A stretch of DNA of 32,000 bases. It comes from Bacillota bacterium. Its GTDB lineage: Bacteria > Bacillota > Clostridia > Christensenellales > Christensenellaceae. This document shows, one piece after another, positions 1 to 9,920 of the stretch. Location: contig JAEYKI010000015.1 of the NCBI GenBank assembly GCA_023408315.1, positions 8,985 to 40,984 on the forward strand. Reading direction: 5' to 3'. The stretch's first letter is position 1; each line of letters begins with the position of its first letter. The notes beneath the pieces were generated by a model. The model worked only from the letters and a program-made list of their open reading frames with translations. It was not told where the DNA came from and did no database searches. The position numbers were made by a program, and so were the translations under genes.

Positions 1-1649
1 ATATGCACGCTCCCGCAGGCAGCCGCGTATTGCACAACATCATAACCCAGATAGGTATCATCCAGTTTTGCGTCATGCTCCACAAGCAGCTTAATCTCTT
101 CTAGATCACCCTTTTCTATTGCCTCAAAAAGAAGTTGTCCGTTATCTTTGCCATAATCAAAATTCGGATCAGCGCCTTTATCCAGCAAAAGTTTCAATGT
201 ATCGATGTTGGTATAAAAAGCGTTAGATAAAGGAGAACCAAATCCGCTTTCGTTGCCGTTCACCAAAGCGCCCTGACTGATTACGTATTCCATTGCTTCC
301 GTATTCCCGTCTCTGGTGGCAGATACTAACGGACTGTAAAATTCAACCGAAGGATTTACGCAGCTCTTATACCTTTCCACCAAAAAACGCAGTATATCCA
401 TTTGCTTTCCCATAATAGCGCCTTTCATGGCGCTGCAGATATGCTTTTCATCTGTTCGCGCGCCCGCGTTCAGCAAAAGTTTTGCCAGTTCCATATCTCC
501 GCTCTGCGCTGCCGCGCTCAATTCGTCAGTAAAACCGTCATAACCGGTAACTATCTCGAAATTCTGAATATCTCCCTTGATTTCTGAGCCGCTGTCAATC
601 AAATACTTTGCAATATCCAAATGATCATTCTTCACCGCCCACAGCATAGGGGTAAACTTAGTGTCATACGCCTTGTATCCCTTGTTCACGTCCATTCCTT
701 TTCCGGCAAGGTACTGCACGTTTGCCAGATTGCCGTACTTGGCTGCAAGCAGGAGAGGGCATTCGTACTGGTTCACGGCATCGCTTGGCTGGCTGATCTG
801 CAATTTTTCCAGCAAATCAGGATTCCCAAACGCCGCCGCGCAGGCGGTTACCAGTTCCCTGTCCTGCTCGGGTATTCCTTTGTCTATCTCCTGCTTCAGT
901 TTATCCGTATCCGCCAACAATGCAGCTTCCGCCAGCGGGGACAGGCCTGTATCCTGTCCCTGTGCCCTGGCTGCCTGCGCCAGTTTCTGCAATACCAGAA
1001 GATCAATTTTTCTATAATTCTGGTATGCAAGCCGCATGGTCTGCGCTGTTACCTTTGCACCATGCTGCAAAAACAGGTCGACAATTTTATTGTCTTCCTT
1101 TTCCCGGTCATTTTTCAGGTAATACTCCAGCGCAGTGTACCCTTCCTTGGATACAATGTTTGGGTCAGCTCCATGTTCCAGCAATACGGGCAGATATTCC
1201 GCCCAGCATTGCTTAAACCTCTCTGCGCATATGCTAAGGCCTGTTTTTCCGGTATCGTCAACGGAATCCGGGTTCACGCCGCTATTGAGCAGGACCATTA
1301 GCTTTTCCATTCTGTTCGCAGGGTCATCCTGTCCGATAAGCACACCCAATGCTGTGGAAGGAAATTTCGCATCATACTTTTGTAATTGCGGTATTTCAAG
1401 ATGTTCGGACGTCGCACCGTTTGCCAGGGCTTCTTTTACCATTTCCAGGTTTCCATAGAGTCCCATTATGCCATTGTTCGTTAATCCAAGCAGCATACGG
1501 GTATTCTGGTATTCAGCGTTTGTATCGCTGGTGTTCATAATCTTATAATAATCCGCATCATTTCTGTATCCTGGCCATAATTTGCAGCTTGTAAGTATTA
1601 AGGCGCAAACCATAAGAATTGCTACCGCCAAAATTAGTTTTCTAAGCAT
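1..1649 (-). CDS. Ankyrin-repeat lipoprotein; its 3' end runs off the left edge, so more than 549 aa
   Basis: Absent from the ORF track because no stop lies inside the window. My reverse translation from the ATG (complement of 1647-1649) gives MLRKLILAVAILMVCALILTSCKLW..., a signal peptide plus LTSC lipobox. Repeated ankyrin-like units follow: TPMLWAVKNDHLDIAKYLIDSGSEI, SPLVSATRDGNTEAMEYVISQGALVN, LLFEAIEKGDLEEIKLLVEHDAKL. GGAGG RBS at complement 1655-1659. The + strand ORFs at 402-1540 are its antisense shadows. Confidence 0.8.
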   Translation of the reverse strand, partial: MLRKLILAVAILMVCALILTSCKLWPGYRNDADYYKIMNTSDTNAEYQNTRMLLGLTNNGIMGLYGNLEMVKEALANGATSEHLEIPQLQKYDAKFPSTALGVLIGQDDPANRMEKLMVLLNSGVNPDSVDDTGKTGLSICAERFKQCWAEYLPVLLEHGADPNIVSKEGYTALEYYLKNDREKEDNKIVDLFLQHGAKVTAQTMRLAYQNYRKIDLLVLQKLAQAARAQGQDTGLSPLAEAALLADTDKLKQEIDKGIPEQDRELVTACAAAFGNPDLLEKLQISQPSDAVNQYECPLLLAAKYGNLANVQYLAGKGMDVNKGYKAYDTKFTPMLWAVKNDHLDIAKYLIDSGSEIKGDIQNFEIVTGYDGFTDELSAAAQSGDMELAKLLLNAGARTDEKHICSAMKGAIMGKQMDILRFLVERYKSCVNPSVEFYSPLVSATRDGNTEAMEYVISQGALVNGNESGFGSPLSNAFYTNIDTLKLLLDKGADPNFDYGKDNGQLLFEAIEKGDLEEIKLLVEHDAKLDDTYLGYDVVQYAAACGSVH

Positions 1650-1670
1650 AAATTCCTCCAATACTATCTT

Positions 1671-3422
1671 TCACCAGCCGCTGCCACCGCCGCCGCCAAA
1701 ATCACCGCGGCTTAATATACTATTAGGGTCATAGGTATATGTAACAATAAACTTTCCAGTGTGATTTGGATCCGGTTTTACTTTTCCAAAAAGTATTTTG
1801 GTTTTCTGTGTGTTTTCATTAGCGTTTTTGGCAAGAGCATTTAGGAATCCTTCGTCTTCAGAAATAAGGGTCGCAACCATGTACATATTATCTTTATCTA
1901 AATCTCCCGCCATCATATTGGACCCAAACTGCCAGTACCTGTCTTGCCCGTGGTCGTCAGTAGACATGACCTGGTTGCCTTTATCGTCATATACTTGTAT
2001 ATTTGTCCGCACTCTTTTATCGGATGATTTATCTATTCTATAGTGATCCTCTTTATTGCCATCCGAATCCGTCTTGTTGCTTTCATATATTCCGAATTCA
2101 CCTCCCGGAACTAAAGAAAATGCTCCATAGTCCCCAAACCAAGGCCTGAATACGTAATGTTTATCGCCATAATCAAATCCCACCTTATCCGTTTCCAAGT
2201 CAAAGCCAAGTAATGGAGTTAACAAGTCATAAAAGTCCGCATAACCAAAATATTTTTGCGTGCCTTTATCATCGGAGTACCATTGTCCTGTTTTTTCATC
2301 ATATTGCATTCCAAAAACCTCCAAAACCCCCTGAAAGTTTTTGCTCAACTGTTCCTGCATGGCTTTTACGTTGTCTGCGTTTTTTGGGTCTTTTAAATAA
2401 TCTCCAATTATTTTTGCCACAGGCGAGGTAACTGTCTTCATTGTATCCTTATAAACGTCAGAAATACCTTCTAAGGTTTCATAAAGCGGATCATCCTTAT
2501 TTTCATTTTGTACTTCACTCGAAAGAAAGGCAACCTTGCCCTTATCCAGCCCAGCATTCCTGTTATGCTCGTTAAACGCTTTATTGATGATCGCCGTGTC
2601 GCTGCTGCTTGTATTCCCGCTGTCCTGGCTGCTCTCGGGGAACTTATAAATCGCTTTGTCGAGTGGTTTAGCCGATCGTTTAAACGCATCCTCTATGCTT
2701 TCTCCAGGCTTTGTATCATAGCGGTAAACCAGGTCGTTGAAGCTTCGCTTCGTATTGTCCGCGGTTGCCTTATCTGTAATCTTGTTCATGTTTGAGACCA
2801 TATCAAGGTAGCTCTGGCTGTTCTGCCCTGATGCCGTATTCTGTTCTGTCTTTGTCTGATAAGGTGTTACACCGGTGTTTTGCATCTGCAAAGTCTGCGC
2901 TGGCTTTTGCGTCGCGGCAAACGGGTTCTGCGCTTGATTGCCCATTCCCGTGTACGCCATGGACTGCCCCCAACCGTCAGTCAGGCTTGTTCTCGAAGGC
3001 GTAACCGCCGCCTGTATCTGGCTGTCGCTCGCTTTGGGCATAGCAGGGTATGTTTGCGTTGGCACGGTTTTCTTTTGGTTTGTTCCTCCTGTGAATCCGT
3101 CAAAAAAGCCATTTTCAAACTCGTTGGTAGCGGCGTCCGTTTTAGGGCCGAATATCCCGTCCTCTTTTAACTGATTACCGTTTGCGTCTTTATAGCCCCA
3201 GTCATTTAGTTGCGACTGCCACGCCGCGGTAGATGCATCAGGCTTGCCCAGATGCTGCTGGTACGTATTCATCTTTGCCAGCGCCTGCTGCGTTTTGGGT
3301 CCGGCTATGCCGTCCACTGCCAGCTTGTTCCCGTTATCGTCAGTAAACCCATAGTTGTTTAGCATCGTTTGAAGGTTTTTTGCCTGGTCTGCACTCCAGG
3401 TTTTGTTTGTTGTTATTGCCAT
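1671..3422 (-). CDS. Peptidoglycan-binding-domain protein with an uncharacterised C-terminal domain (583 aa)
   Basis: Two N-terminal PG_binding_1-like repeats (NGNKLAVDGIAGPKTQQALAKM and NGNQLKEDGIFGPKTDAATNEF). A long Q/T/S/N-rich linker follows. The ~290-aa C-terminal domain (..YFGYADFYDLLTPLLGFDLETDKVGFDYGDKHYVFRPWFGDYGAFSLVPGGEFGIY..) resembles DUF4474-type proteins from memory only. Gly-rich tail GGGGGSGW. No obvious signal peptide. Only 21 bp separate it from the ankyrin gene. Confidence 0.7.
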   Translation of the reverse strand: MAITTNKTWSADQAKNLQTMLNNYGFTDDNGNKLAVDGIAGPKTQQALAKMNTYQQHLGKPDASTAAWQSQLNDWGYKDANGNQLKEDGIFGPKTDAATNEFENGFFDGFTGGTNQKKTVPTQTYPAMPKASDSQIQAAVTPSRTSLTDGWGQSMAYTGMGNQAQNPFAATQKPAQTLQMQNTGVTPYQTKTEQNTASGQNSQSYLDMVSNMNKITDKATADNTKRSFNDLVYRYDTKPGESIEDAFKRSAKPLDKAIYKFPESSQDSGNTSSSDTAIINKAFNEHNRNAGLDKGKVAFLSSEVQNENKDDPLYETLEGISDVYKDTMKTVTSPVAKIIGDYLKDPKNADNVKAMQEQLSKNFQGVLEVFGMQYDEKTGQWYSDDKGTQKYFGYADFYDLLTPLLGFDLETDKVGFDYGDKHYVFRPWFGDYGAFSLVPGGEFGIYESNKTDSDGNKEDHYRIDKSSDKRVRTNIQVYDDKGNQVMSTDDHGQDRYWQFGSNMMAGDLDKDNMYMVATLISEDEGFLNALAKNANENTQKTKILFGKVKPDPNHTGKFIVTYTYDPNSILSRGDFGGGGGSGW

Positions 3423-3453
3423 AATTATTACCCTTTATCGTAATTTTAATAGC

Positions 3454-3462
3454 ATTATATCA
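3454..3462 (-). promoter_or_regulatory. Candidate extended -10 promoter (TGaTATAAT) for the 1671-3422 gene
   Basis: The complement of 3454-3462 reads TGATATAAT, about 30 nt upstream of the ATG. No good -35 element is present. Confidence 0.3.
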
Positions 3463-3656
3463 TACTATGGTGTGCAGTTAGCACCAATTTTTACGAAAAG
3501 GGGTATTTTTTTAAATTTTAATATGATTCGATTTAATACTATTTTACCACTAAATGTTAATTTGGTCTATAATTCTGTAATAATGGGGGATACGCCAGTG
3601 AATTAAAAGTTTGTGCGCCGGATTTGTTGGTGACCGAGGTAGAATGAAACTTCCCT

Positions 3657-3707
3657 TGGAATGCTGACAGTAAACTGGACAATTTTTTCTGCTAGTCTAA
3701 TTACCGG
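3657..3707 (-). mobile_element. Solo fragment (~51 bp) of the IS3-family right end
   Basis: tggaatgctgacagtaaactggacaattttttctgctagtctaattaccgg is nearly identical to 3974-4025, which is the terminal repeat plus stop-codon region of the transposase-bearing copy. Confidence 0.7.
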
Positions 3708-3732
3708 CTAGTATATGCATTTGTATGAGGGC

Positions 3733-3973
3733 TAAAGTTTTATCGTATTTGTTAAAAACGCCTTTAATAAAGGAAATATTGCTAGTTTTATTTTTAAAAA
3801 ATGTCTACTAATATTTTAAGATTTACTCTGATGACTGTATTATCAGTTAACTGTATTAATTAATTCCGTGTATTAATTAATCCTTATTTAAAGCCTTTAT
3901 AAAGATTCATGCGCGAGATTTTATGGGAACAAGGTAATATAAGAAATTGATCGCTCGGGGAGCGTTTTAAAAA
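3733..3973 (+). repeat. Direct repeat copy 1 (~240 bp, non-coding, AT-rich)
   Basis: Aligns by eye with 13315-13553. Both ends are strongly conserved (taaagttttat..gttaaaaa.gcctttaataaa.gaaatattgc.. and ..aagcctttata.agat...cgcga.atttta.gggaac.aggtaatat.agaaattgatcgctcggggagc.ttttaaaaa). The AT-rich middle is more diverged and has indels. It ends in a small hairpin plus T-run and abuts the IS end at 3974. Confidence 0.75.
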
Positions 3974-5090
3974 TGGAATGCTGACGGTAAACTGGACAGT
4001 TTTTTCTGGACAGTCTAATTACCGGGCAGCATTTTTTCTTTCTCCTGTTTTTCAAAATATTCACTTTCTGCCTGATTTGGCGTTATAAAGCCCAGACATT
4101 GATGCGGCCTATAGTCATTAAAATATTCTAAGTAATTCTGGACTGCTGTTCTTAGTTCTTCTTCTGTTGTGTAATAGCTACGTTTAAACTCTTTTTTAAT
4201 GGACGCAAAGAAAGATTCAGCAACAGCATTATCAAACGGTACACCAGGCTTCGAATAGGATGGCTTCACATGATGTTTTCGTAAAAAAGAACGAAATATA
4301 TAGGAGGTATATTGAGCTCCCTGGTCACTGTGAAGCATTAGACCTTGCGGTTGATTACGTACAGAAAATGCTTCTTTGAAAGCGGATGTCACTAAATCCA
4401 CATCAATTTTGTCTGAAATAGCGTGAGATACCACTTTCCTGGAAAATAAGTCGATAATAACGCAAAGATAGTAGGTTGCATCATTTACATATAGGTATGT
4501 TATATCAGTGACCCAAACCAGATTAGGCGCTTCCTGAAGGAATTGCCGTTTTAATTTGTTTGGATAGTATTTATATTTTCTGTCATTTGTAGCATTTGGA
4601 TATATGTTACTTTGGCACGACAACCCCATTTCTTTCATAAGGCGGCTAGTTCTTTTCTCGCTTATTACATATTGGTTTTCCATTAACTTGGCGCGGATTT
4701 TTCGTACGCCAAAGCGTCTTCCACTCTTTTCAAAAATTTCATTGATAAGAGGTCTAAATTCTTCATCTTCTTGCTGAATTATTGTTGTTTCTGGACTCCT
4801 TAGAATGTAGTTGTAGAATGTTGCGCGGTTGACCTCCAAAACATTGCATAGGACGTGAGTGCTGTATTCATTTTGTAACTGCTTCATGGCTGATAATTTA
4901 TCTTTTAAGGGGGCTGCAGCAGTGCATCCGCTTTTTATTAATATTTGATTGACTATACGGATGACCTGAACCCGAAAAATTTCAAGTGCCAGAGGTAATG
5001 TGAGAATGATTGCTTTGCGAGATTTGATATAACAGAGGTAAGGTTCAACTCCACTTGCTTCCGCAAAATTACTAAATAATACCAATAATT
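3974..5090 (-). mobile_element. IS3-family (IS150-like) element, truncated; right inverted repeat and orfB present, orfA and left inverted repeat missing
   Basis: The end begins with TG (TGGAATGCTGACGGTAAACTGGACAG...), as is typical for IS3. The transposase stop lies 41 bp inside. I found no orfA-type HTH ORF and no inverted copy of the terminal repeat between 5086 and the kdp promoter region. Confidence 0.65.
4015..5085 (-). CDS. IS3-family transposase OrfB (DDE/rve integrase core); orphan of orfA, so probably non-autonomous or a pseudogene
   Basis: HTH_21/rve pattern: ..LCNVLEVNRATFYNY.., WVTDITYL (D), HSDQGAQYTS (D), DNAVAESFF (E), YRPHQCLGFITP. Transposase-like sequence starts near ..LKDKLSAMKQLQNEYS (about 4900). 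The first ~60 codons of the ORF look like read-through of junk. Confidence 0.8.
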   Translation of the reverse strand: MVLFSNFAEASGVEPYLCYIKSRKAIILTLPLALEIFRVQVIRIVNQILIKSGCTAAAPLKDKLSAMKQLQNEYSTHVLCNVLEVNRATFYNYILRSPETTIIQQEDEEFRPLINEIFEKSGRRFGVRKIRAKLMENQYVISEKRTSRLMKEMGLSCQSNIYPNATNDRKYKYYPNKLKRQFLQEAPNLVWVTDITYLYVNDATYYLCVIIDLFSRKVVSHAISDKIDVDLVTSAFKEAFSVRNQPQGLMLHSDQGAQYTSYIFRSFLRKHHVKPSYSKPGVPFDNAVAESFFASIKKEFKRSYYTTEEELRTAVQNYLEYFNDYRPHQCLGFITPNQAESEYFEKQEKEKMLPGN

Positions 5091-5108
5091 TATTAAATTA
5101 TTGGTATT
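5078..5108. repeat. Perfect 15-bp inverted repeat with a 1-nt spacer (AATACCAATAATTTA-T-TAAATTATTGGTATT)
   Basis: Read directly from the sequence. It sits exactly where the transposase ORF loses its start, which is the truncation boundary of the IS. Confidence 0.6.
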
Positions 5109-5313
5109 ATTTTATTTGACAAGCTCATCAAGCATACAGGATTTCCAGTAGCAATAGAATTACTTGATAACATCCATATTAGGTTCATATAAGCGGAAAC
5201 AAACCAGTTTTTTCGTTTGTTTGACACACATAATATTGTAAAATAAATAAAAGAGTACGCTATTTTTATTGAAAACAATAAAAGGTCTTTTTTATATTAT
5301 GTAACCTGTTAAT

Positions 5314-5367
5314 CTTTATATTTTCTTAATATCCACCGCCAAATTCTTAACACTACCTTTATATAAT
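5314..5367 (+). promoter_or_regulatory. Candidate kdp promoter with an OmpR-type direct-repeat (KdpE-like) box
   Basis: CTTTATAT (5314-5321) and CTTAATAT (5325-5332) are direct repeats with 11-bp periodicity. They lie ~30 bp upstream of TATAAT (5362-5367) and about 100 bp upstream of kdpF. Confidence 0.35.
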
Positions 5368-5465
5368 CCGTGGTAATTTAATACCAAGAATGAAGCAATT
5401 ATCAAGCTATTAAGCATTAAAATGTAATGTTTAAAATATTGGAGAAAAAAGGAGGCGTTAGGATT

Positions 5466-5555
5466 ATGGGGTATGTGCTGGCTGTTGCGGCAGTTGTTGG
5501 ACTAGGTTTGCTCATATATCTTTTTCTTGTTTTATTCAGAGGTGAGAAGTTATGA
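5466..5555 (+). CDS. kdpF: K+-transporting ATPase small subunit KdpF (29 aa)
   Basis: Not in the ORF track because it is too short. ATG at 5466 follows the RBS AAGGAGG. The peptide [29 protein letters not shown] is a single hydrophobic helix. Its stop overlaps the kdpA start (ATGA). Confidence 0.8.
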   Translation: MGYVLAVAAVVGLGLLIYLFLVLFRGEKL

Positions 5556-7240
5556 ATGACGCAGTTTTACAGTCCGTTATTTATATCGCCATACTTATCT
5601 GCGTATCAATTCCGCTTGGTATATATATTTATAGGGTAATGACAGGGCAGAAGGTTTTTTTAACAAATGTATTTGCTCCCGTGGAAAAAGGAATCTACAA
5701 GGCGATGGGAATCAGGAAAGAGGAAGAGATGCCGCCAAAGAAGTATGCCTGGATGGTAATCGGCTTCTCCGCCGTGGGGCTTGGAATTGTTTTTTTGATC
5801 CAAATCATACAAAGCGTGTTGCCTTTTAATCCGCAGGGGATGGGGGCAGTAAGCCCGGACCTGGCGTTCAATACGGCTGCCAGTTTTATAACCAATACAA
5901 ACTGGCAGGCATACTCCGGGGAAACTGCGCTTTCATATTTTACGCAAAGCATTGGCCTTACTGTGCAAAACTTTGTATCGGCGGCAGTGGGTATAGCAGT
6001 TTTGTTTGTGCTGATACGCGGTTTTGTTTTAAAACAGCAGACGGGAATCGGGAATTTTTGGGTTGATTTGACCAGAGTAACACTTTATGCTTTGATTCCA
6101 CTTTCACTGATACTGGCGGTGCTGCTGGTGTCGCAGGGCGTTGTGCAGACGTGGAGCCAATATAAAGACGTCACAATACTACAAACCGGTGCGGCTCAGA
6201 CTGTACCGCTTGGCCCTGCCGCCAGCCAGATAGCGATCAAGCAGCTTGGCACGAATGGCGGAGGATTTTTTGGGGCAAACTCTGCATTTCCTTTAGAGAA
6301 TCCCACGGCCTTTTCCAATTTAATTCAGCTTCTGTCCATATTGCTGGTTCCGGCTGCGCTCTGCATATCATTCGGAAAGGCGGTGCGTGACGGCAAACAG
6401 GGAAGAACGATTCTGATTGTGATGTTGGTTTTGTTTGCAATATCCCTTGGGGCTGTTATAAGCAGCGAATTTTTGGTTTCGCCTGCTTTCCAGGGAGTTG
6501 CTGCATCGGGCAGCATGGAGGGCAAGGAAGTAATACACGGTGTTGGCACTTCGGCGATTTGGGGAACCGCCACCACTGCCGCTTCCAACGGATCGGTAAA
6601 TTCCATGCATGACAGCTTTACGCCGTTGGCCGGAATGGTATTGATGTTTTTAATGCATATTGGAGAAGTTGTCTTCGGCGGCGTTGGAAGTGGCCTGTAT
6701 GGCATGCTTGCATTTGTGATACTGACCGTGTTTATAGCCGGATTGATGGTGGGGCGCACGCCTGAATATCTGGGTAAGAAAATTGAGCCGTTTGATATGA
6801 AGATGGTCTGCCTGATTGTTTTGGTGCCCCCGCTTTTTGTTTTGTTTGGAACTATGGCGGCTGTACTTAATCCCCAGGTTTCTTCCTGGCTGACCAACAG
6901 CGGAGCGCATGGATTTTCTGAAGTGCTATATGCATTTTCTTCCATAGCCAACAACAACGGCAGCGCTTTTGCGGGATATAACGCGAATACTCCCTTTACC
7001 AATATACTGGGCGGCGTGATTATGCTGGTTACAAGATTTATTCCAATGGTTGCGGCCATTTTTCTGGCCGGGAGCCTTTCCAAAAAGAAGATTGTTGCGG
7101 CAAGCGAAGGCACGCTCTCTACAAGCAACGCCCTGTTTGGGGGCTTGCTGATCTTTATCATCCTGATCATAGGCGCACTGACGTTTCTGCCCGCTCTTGC
7201 TTTGGGGCCGATGGCGGATTTTTATACGGCCGTGCATTGA
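5552..7240 (+). CDS. kdpA: Potassium-transporting ATPase subunit A
   Basis: 562-aa polytopic protein with typical KdpA sequence (..[10 protein letters not shown].., ..[16 protein letters not shown].., ..NNGSAFAG..). It is first in the kdpABC gene order. Confidence 0.95.
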   Translation: MNDAVLQSVIYIAILICVSIPLGIYIYRVMTGQKVFLTNVFAPVEKGIYKAMGIRKEEEMPPKKYAWMVIGFSAVGLGIVFLIQIIQSVLPFNPQGMGAVSPDLAFNTAASFITNTNWQAYSGETALSYFTQSIGLTVQNFVSAAVGIAVLFVLIRGFVLKQQTGIGNFWVDLTRVTLYALIPLSLILAVLLVSQGVVQTWSQYKDVTILQTGAAQTVPLGPAASQIAIKQLGTNGGGFFGANSAFPLENPTAFSNLIQLLSILLVPAALCISFGKAVRDGKQGRTILIVMLVLFAISLGAVISSEFLVSPAFQGVAASGSMEGKEVIHGVGTSAIWGTATTAASNGSVNSMHDSFTPLAGMVLMFLMHIGEVVFGGVGSGLYGMLAFVILTVFIAGLMVGRTPEYLGKKIEPFDMKMVCLIVLVPPLFVLFGTMAAVLNPQVSSWLTNSGAHGFSEVLYAFSSIANNNGSAFAGYNANTPFTNILGGVIMLVTRFIPMVAAIFLAGSLSKKKIVAASEGTLSTSNALFGGLLIFIILIIGALTFLPALALGPMADFYTAVH

Positions 7241-7250
7241 GGTGAGATAA

Positions 7251-9308
7251 ATGAAAAAAGGAATGGACAATAAAATTTTAATAGACGCAATCACCCAGTC
7301 GTTTGTAAAGCTGGCGCCGCAAACCCAGGTCAAGAATCCGGTCATGTTTGTTGTCTTCATTGGCGCAATTTTTACCACGGTTCTGTATTTCCTGACTTTT
7401 GGTGGCGTGCAGGACGCAAGCGCGTGGTACATTCTTACCATTGCTTTGATATTGTGGTTTACCTGTATATTTGCCAATTTTGCGGAAGCCATTGCGGAGG
7501 GCCGGGGCCATGCCCAGGCGGATAGCTTGCGCAGTGCAAGAAAAGATGTGATGGCTAAAAAGCTGAAATTTGCTGCATCCAATATAAACGATTATACAGA
7601 GGTGCTTTCCAGTACGCTGAGAAAAGGCGATATTGTTTATGTGCAGGCGGGTGAGCAAATACCTATGGATGGGGATGTGATTGAAGGAGCGGCCAGTGTG
7701 GACGAGAGCGCCATTACCGGAGAATCAGCGCCGGTGATCCGTGAATCGGGCGGGGACAGGAGCGCCGTTACCGGCGGCACCACGTTGGTCTCTGACTGGC
7801 TGATTATTCAGGTGACAGCGTCCCCCGGTGAAAGCTTTCTGGATAAGATGATCGCAATGGTAGAAGGCGCCTCGCGAAAAAAGACGCCCAACGAAATTGC
7901 GCTGCAAATATTGCTTGTTACTCTGACAATTATTTTTTTGGTGGTATGCGCGTCCCTTTTGCCGTTTTCCAGCTTCGCAAGGGAGCAAGCGGGAGCAGGC
8001 ACCCCGATATCAATAACAAATGTAATCGCCCTGCTGGTGTGCCTGGCGCCAACTACCATCGGCGCGTTGCTTTCTTCCATTGGCATTGCAGGAATGAGTA
8101 GATTGAATCAGGCGAACGTACTTGCCATGAGCGGGCGTGCCATTGAAGCGGCGGGTGACGTGGATGTGCTTCTGCTGGATAAGACGGGAACGATAACGTT
8201 CGGCAACCGGCAGGCAAGCGAGTTTATACCCGTATCCGGCATAACGGAGCAGGAACTGGCAGACACCGCGCAGCTTTCCAGCCTGGCGGACGAAACAGCC
8301 GAGGGCCGGAGCATAGCGGTGCTTGCCAAGCAGCGGTTTAATATACGTGGGCGCGATTTATCAAAGTTGGATGCAACTTTTATTCCGTTTACAGCAAAAA
8401 CAAGGATGAGCGGCATTGACTTTGGCGATAACGTAATCCGAAAAGGCGCAGCCGATTCTGTAAAAGCATATGTGCTTATACAGGGAGGGCAATACCCGGA
8501 AGAATGCGACCGGATTGTTCAGCGGGTGGCCCGTGAAGGTGGTACACCGCTGGTGGTTATAAAAAACAAGAGAGTTTTGGGTGTAATTTACCTGAAAGAT
8601 ATTGTGAAGAACGGAGTAAAAGAACGCTTTGGAGACTTGCGTAAAATGGGGATTAAAACCATTATGATCACGGGAGACAATCCTATGACGGCGGCTGCAA
8701 TAGCCGCGGAAGCGGGGGTGGATGATTTTCTTGCGGAAGCGACGCCGGAGGCAAAGCTTACGCTGATACGTGATTATCAGGTTAAAGGCCATCTGGTGGC
8801 CATGACGGGAGACGGTACAAACGATGCGCCCGCACTGGCGCAGGCGGATGTGGCGGTTGCTATGAATTCCGGCACCCAGGCGGCCAAGGAAGCTGGCAAC
8901 ATGGTGGACCTGGATTCCAATCCCACCAAACTGATCGATGTGGTGCGGATAGGCAAACAATTGCTCATGACTAGGGGCGCGCTGACCACATTCAGTGTGG
9001 CAAATGATATTGCGAAGTATTTCGCAATTATTCCCGTTCTGTTTTTCACAATATACCCGCAGCTTGCGGCGCTGAACTTTATGGGCCTTACCAGCGCGAC
9101 CAGTGCGATGCTCGCCTGCATTATTTATAACGCAGCTATAATTATCGCTTTGATCCCGCTGGCTTTGAAGGGTGTTAAATACCGCGAAACTTCCGCGGGA
9201 AAACTGTTACAGCAAAATATACTGATTTACGGGCTTGGCGGAATTGCCGCGCCGTTTGCGGCTATCAAAGCGCTTGATATGCTGCTGACCGCTTTCCATG
9301 TGGTGTGA
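7251..9308 (+). CDS. kdpB: Potassium-transporting P-type ATPase subunit B
   Basis: P-type motifs TGES (ITGESAPV), DKTGTIT and [20 protein letters not shown]. 685 aa. Confidence 0.95.
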   Translation: MKKGMDNKILIDAITQSFVKLAPQTQVKNPVMFVVFIGAIFTTVLYFLTFGGVQDASAWYILTIALILWFTCIFANFAEAIAEGRGHAQADSLRSARKDVMAKKLKFAASNINDYTEVLSSTLRKGDIVYVQAGEQIPMDGDVIEGAASVDESAITGESAPVIRESGGDRSAVTGGTTLVSDWLIIQVTASPGESFLDKMIAMVEGASRKKTPNEIALQILLVTLTIIFLVVCASLLPFSSFAREQAGAGTPISITNVIALLVCLAPTTIGALLSSIGIAGMSRLNQANVLAMSGRAIEAAGDVDVLLLDKTGTITFGNRQASEFIPVSGITEQELADTAQLSSLADETAEGRSIAVLAKQRFNIRGRDLSKLDATFIPFTAKTRMSGIDFGDNVIRKGAADSVKAYVLIQGGQYPEECDRIVQRVAREGGTPLVVIKNKRVLGVIYLKDIVKNGVKERFGDLRKMGIKTIMITGDNPMTAAAIAAEAGVDDFLAEATPEAKLTLIRDYQVKGHLVAMTGDGTNDAPALAQADVAVAMNSGTQAAKEAGNMVDLDSNPTKLIDVVRIGKQLLMTRGALTTFSVANDIAKYFAIIPVLFFTIYPQLAALNFMGLTSATSAMLACIIYNAAIIIALIPLALKGVKYRETSAGKLLQQNILIYGLGGIAAPFAAIKALDMLLTAFHVV

Positions 9309-9319
9309 GGTGAAGTTTT

Positions 9320-9880
9320 ATGAAAAAAATTTTTAAGGCACTGCGTCCAATCCTTGTCAGTTTTGCAATACTCACGGTTATTTGCGGATTAATTTACCCG
9401 GGGATTGTGACAGGAATTGCACAGGTATTCTTTCCGAGCCAGGCAAACGGGAGTATAATTACAGTAACATTGGAGGACGGCACCATAAAAGAGTATGGTT
9501 CCGCGCTGATTGCGCAGGATTTTACGGATCCCAAATATCTGATTGGCAGACCATCGGGTTCTTCAAATCTGAATCCCGTCAGCCAGGTAGAGAAAGATGC
9601 GGTGCAGCAGCGCGTGGACTGGTGGCATTCGTTTGATCCCGGAAATACAGCGGCCATTCCCGCGGACCTTGTAACCCAGTCGGGCAGCGGCGTGGACCCC
9701 AATATATCGCCAGAAGCGGCGGAATACCAAATAGCTAGGATTTCGGTCATAAGAGGGATCAGCCAGGAACAGGTTCGGGCGGTGATCAGTAAGTACACCT
9801 CAGGTAAGTTCCTGGGTTTTTGGGGAGAGCCTGCCGTGAATGTGCTGAAAGTAAATCTGGCTCTGGACGGACTGATTTAA
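9320..9880 (+). CDS. kdpC: Potassium-transporting ATPase subunit C
   Basis: 186 aa with a single N-terminal TM helix. KdpC-like motifs ..QSGSGVDPNISPEAA.. and position after kdpB. Confidence 0.9.
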   Translation: MKKIFKALRPILVSFAILTVICGLIYPGIVTGIAQVFFPSQANGSIITVTLEDGTIKEYGSALIAQDFTDPKYLIGRPSGSSNLNPVSQVEKDAVQQRVDWWHSFDPGNTAAIPADLVTQSGSGVDPNISPEAAEYQIARISVIRGISQEQVRAVISKYTSGKFLGFWGEPAVNVLKVNLALDGLI

Positions 9881-9920
9881 GTTTAATCAGAAGCAAATCT
9901 TTTAAGAGGTGGTTTAAAAA

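Noticed and set aside
402-1540. Six + strand ORFs (61-226 aa) from the ORF track in the first 1.6 kb
   Set aside because: They overlap one another in different frames and are low-complexity Leu/Ser/Cys/Arg-rich. They lack RBSs and lie antisense to a long, uninterrupted ankyrin-repeat ORF on the minus strand that has a clear RBS and lipoprotein signal. They are shadow ORFs.
3403-3606. 67-aa + strand ORF in the AT-rich region upstream of the PG-binding gene
   Set aside because: The peptide is extremely AT-rich (Ile/Asn/Phe), has no RBS, and overlaps the start and promoter of the divergent gene.
5041-5070. tRNA/tmRNA-like T-arm string GGTTCAACTCC near the IS truncation point
   Set aside because: The flanking bases do not form a T-stem (GTAAGG versus CCACTT are not complementary). 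I could not build an acceptor stem or cloverleaf. It is probably coincidental.
5280-5465. Possible c-di-AMP (ydaO/kimA-type) riboswitch upstream of the kdp operon, as seen in some Firmicutes
   Set aside because: The region is AT-rich with no pseudo-symmetric GC-rich helices or conserved ACGGGGA-like cores. The operon carries its own kdpDE, and an OmpR-type direct repeat fits better.
6325-7582. Long minus-strand ORFs (281 aa and 218 aa) antisense to kdpA/kdpB; also 8361-8960 (199 aa) antisense to kdpB
   Set aside because: They lie inside confidently identified kdp genes. Their translations have no recognisable motifs, and their composition is typical of the antisense of GC-richer membrane-protein genes.
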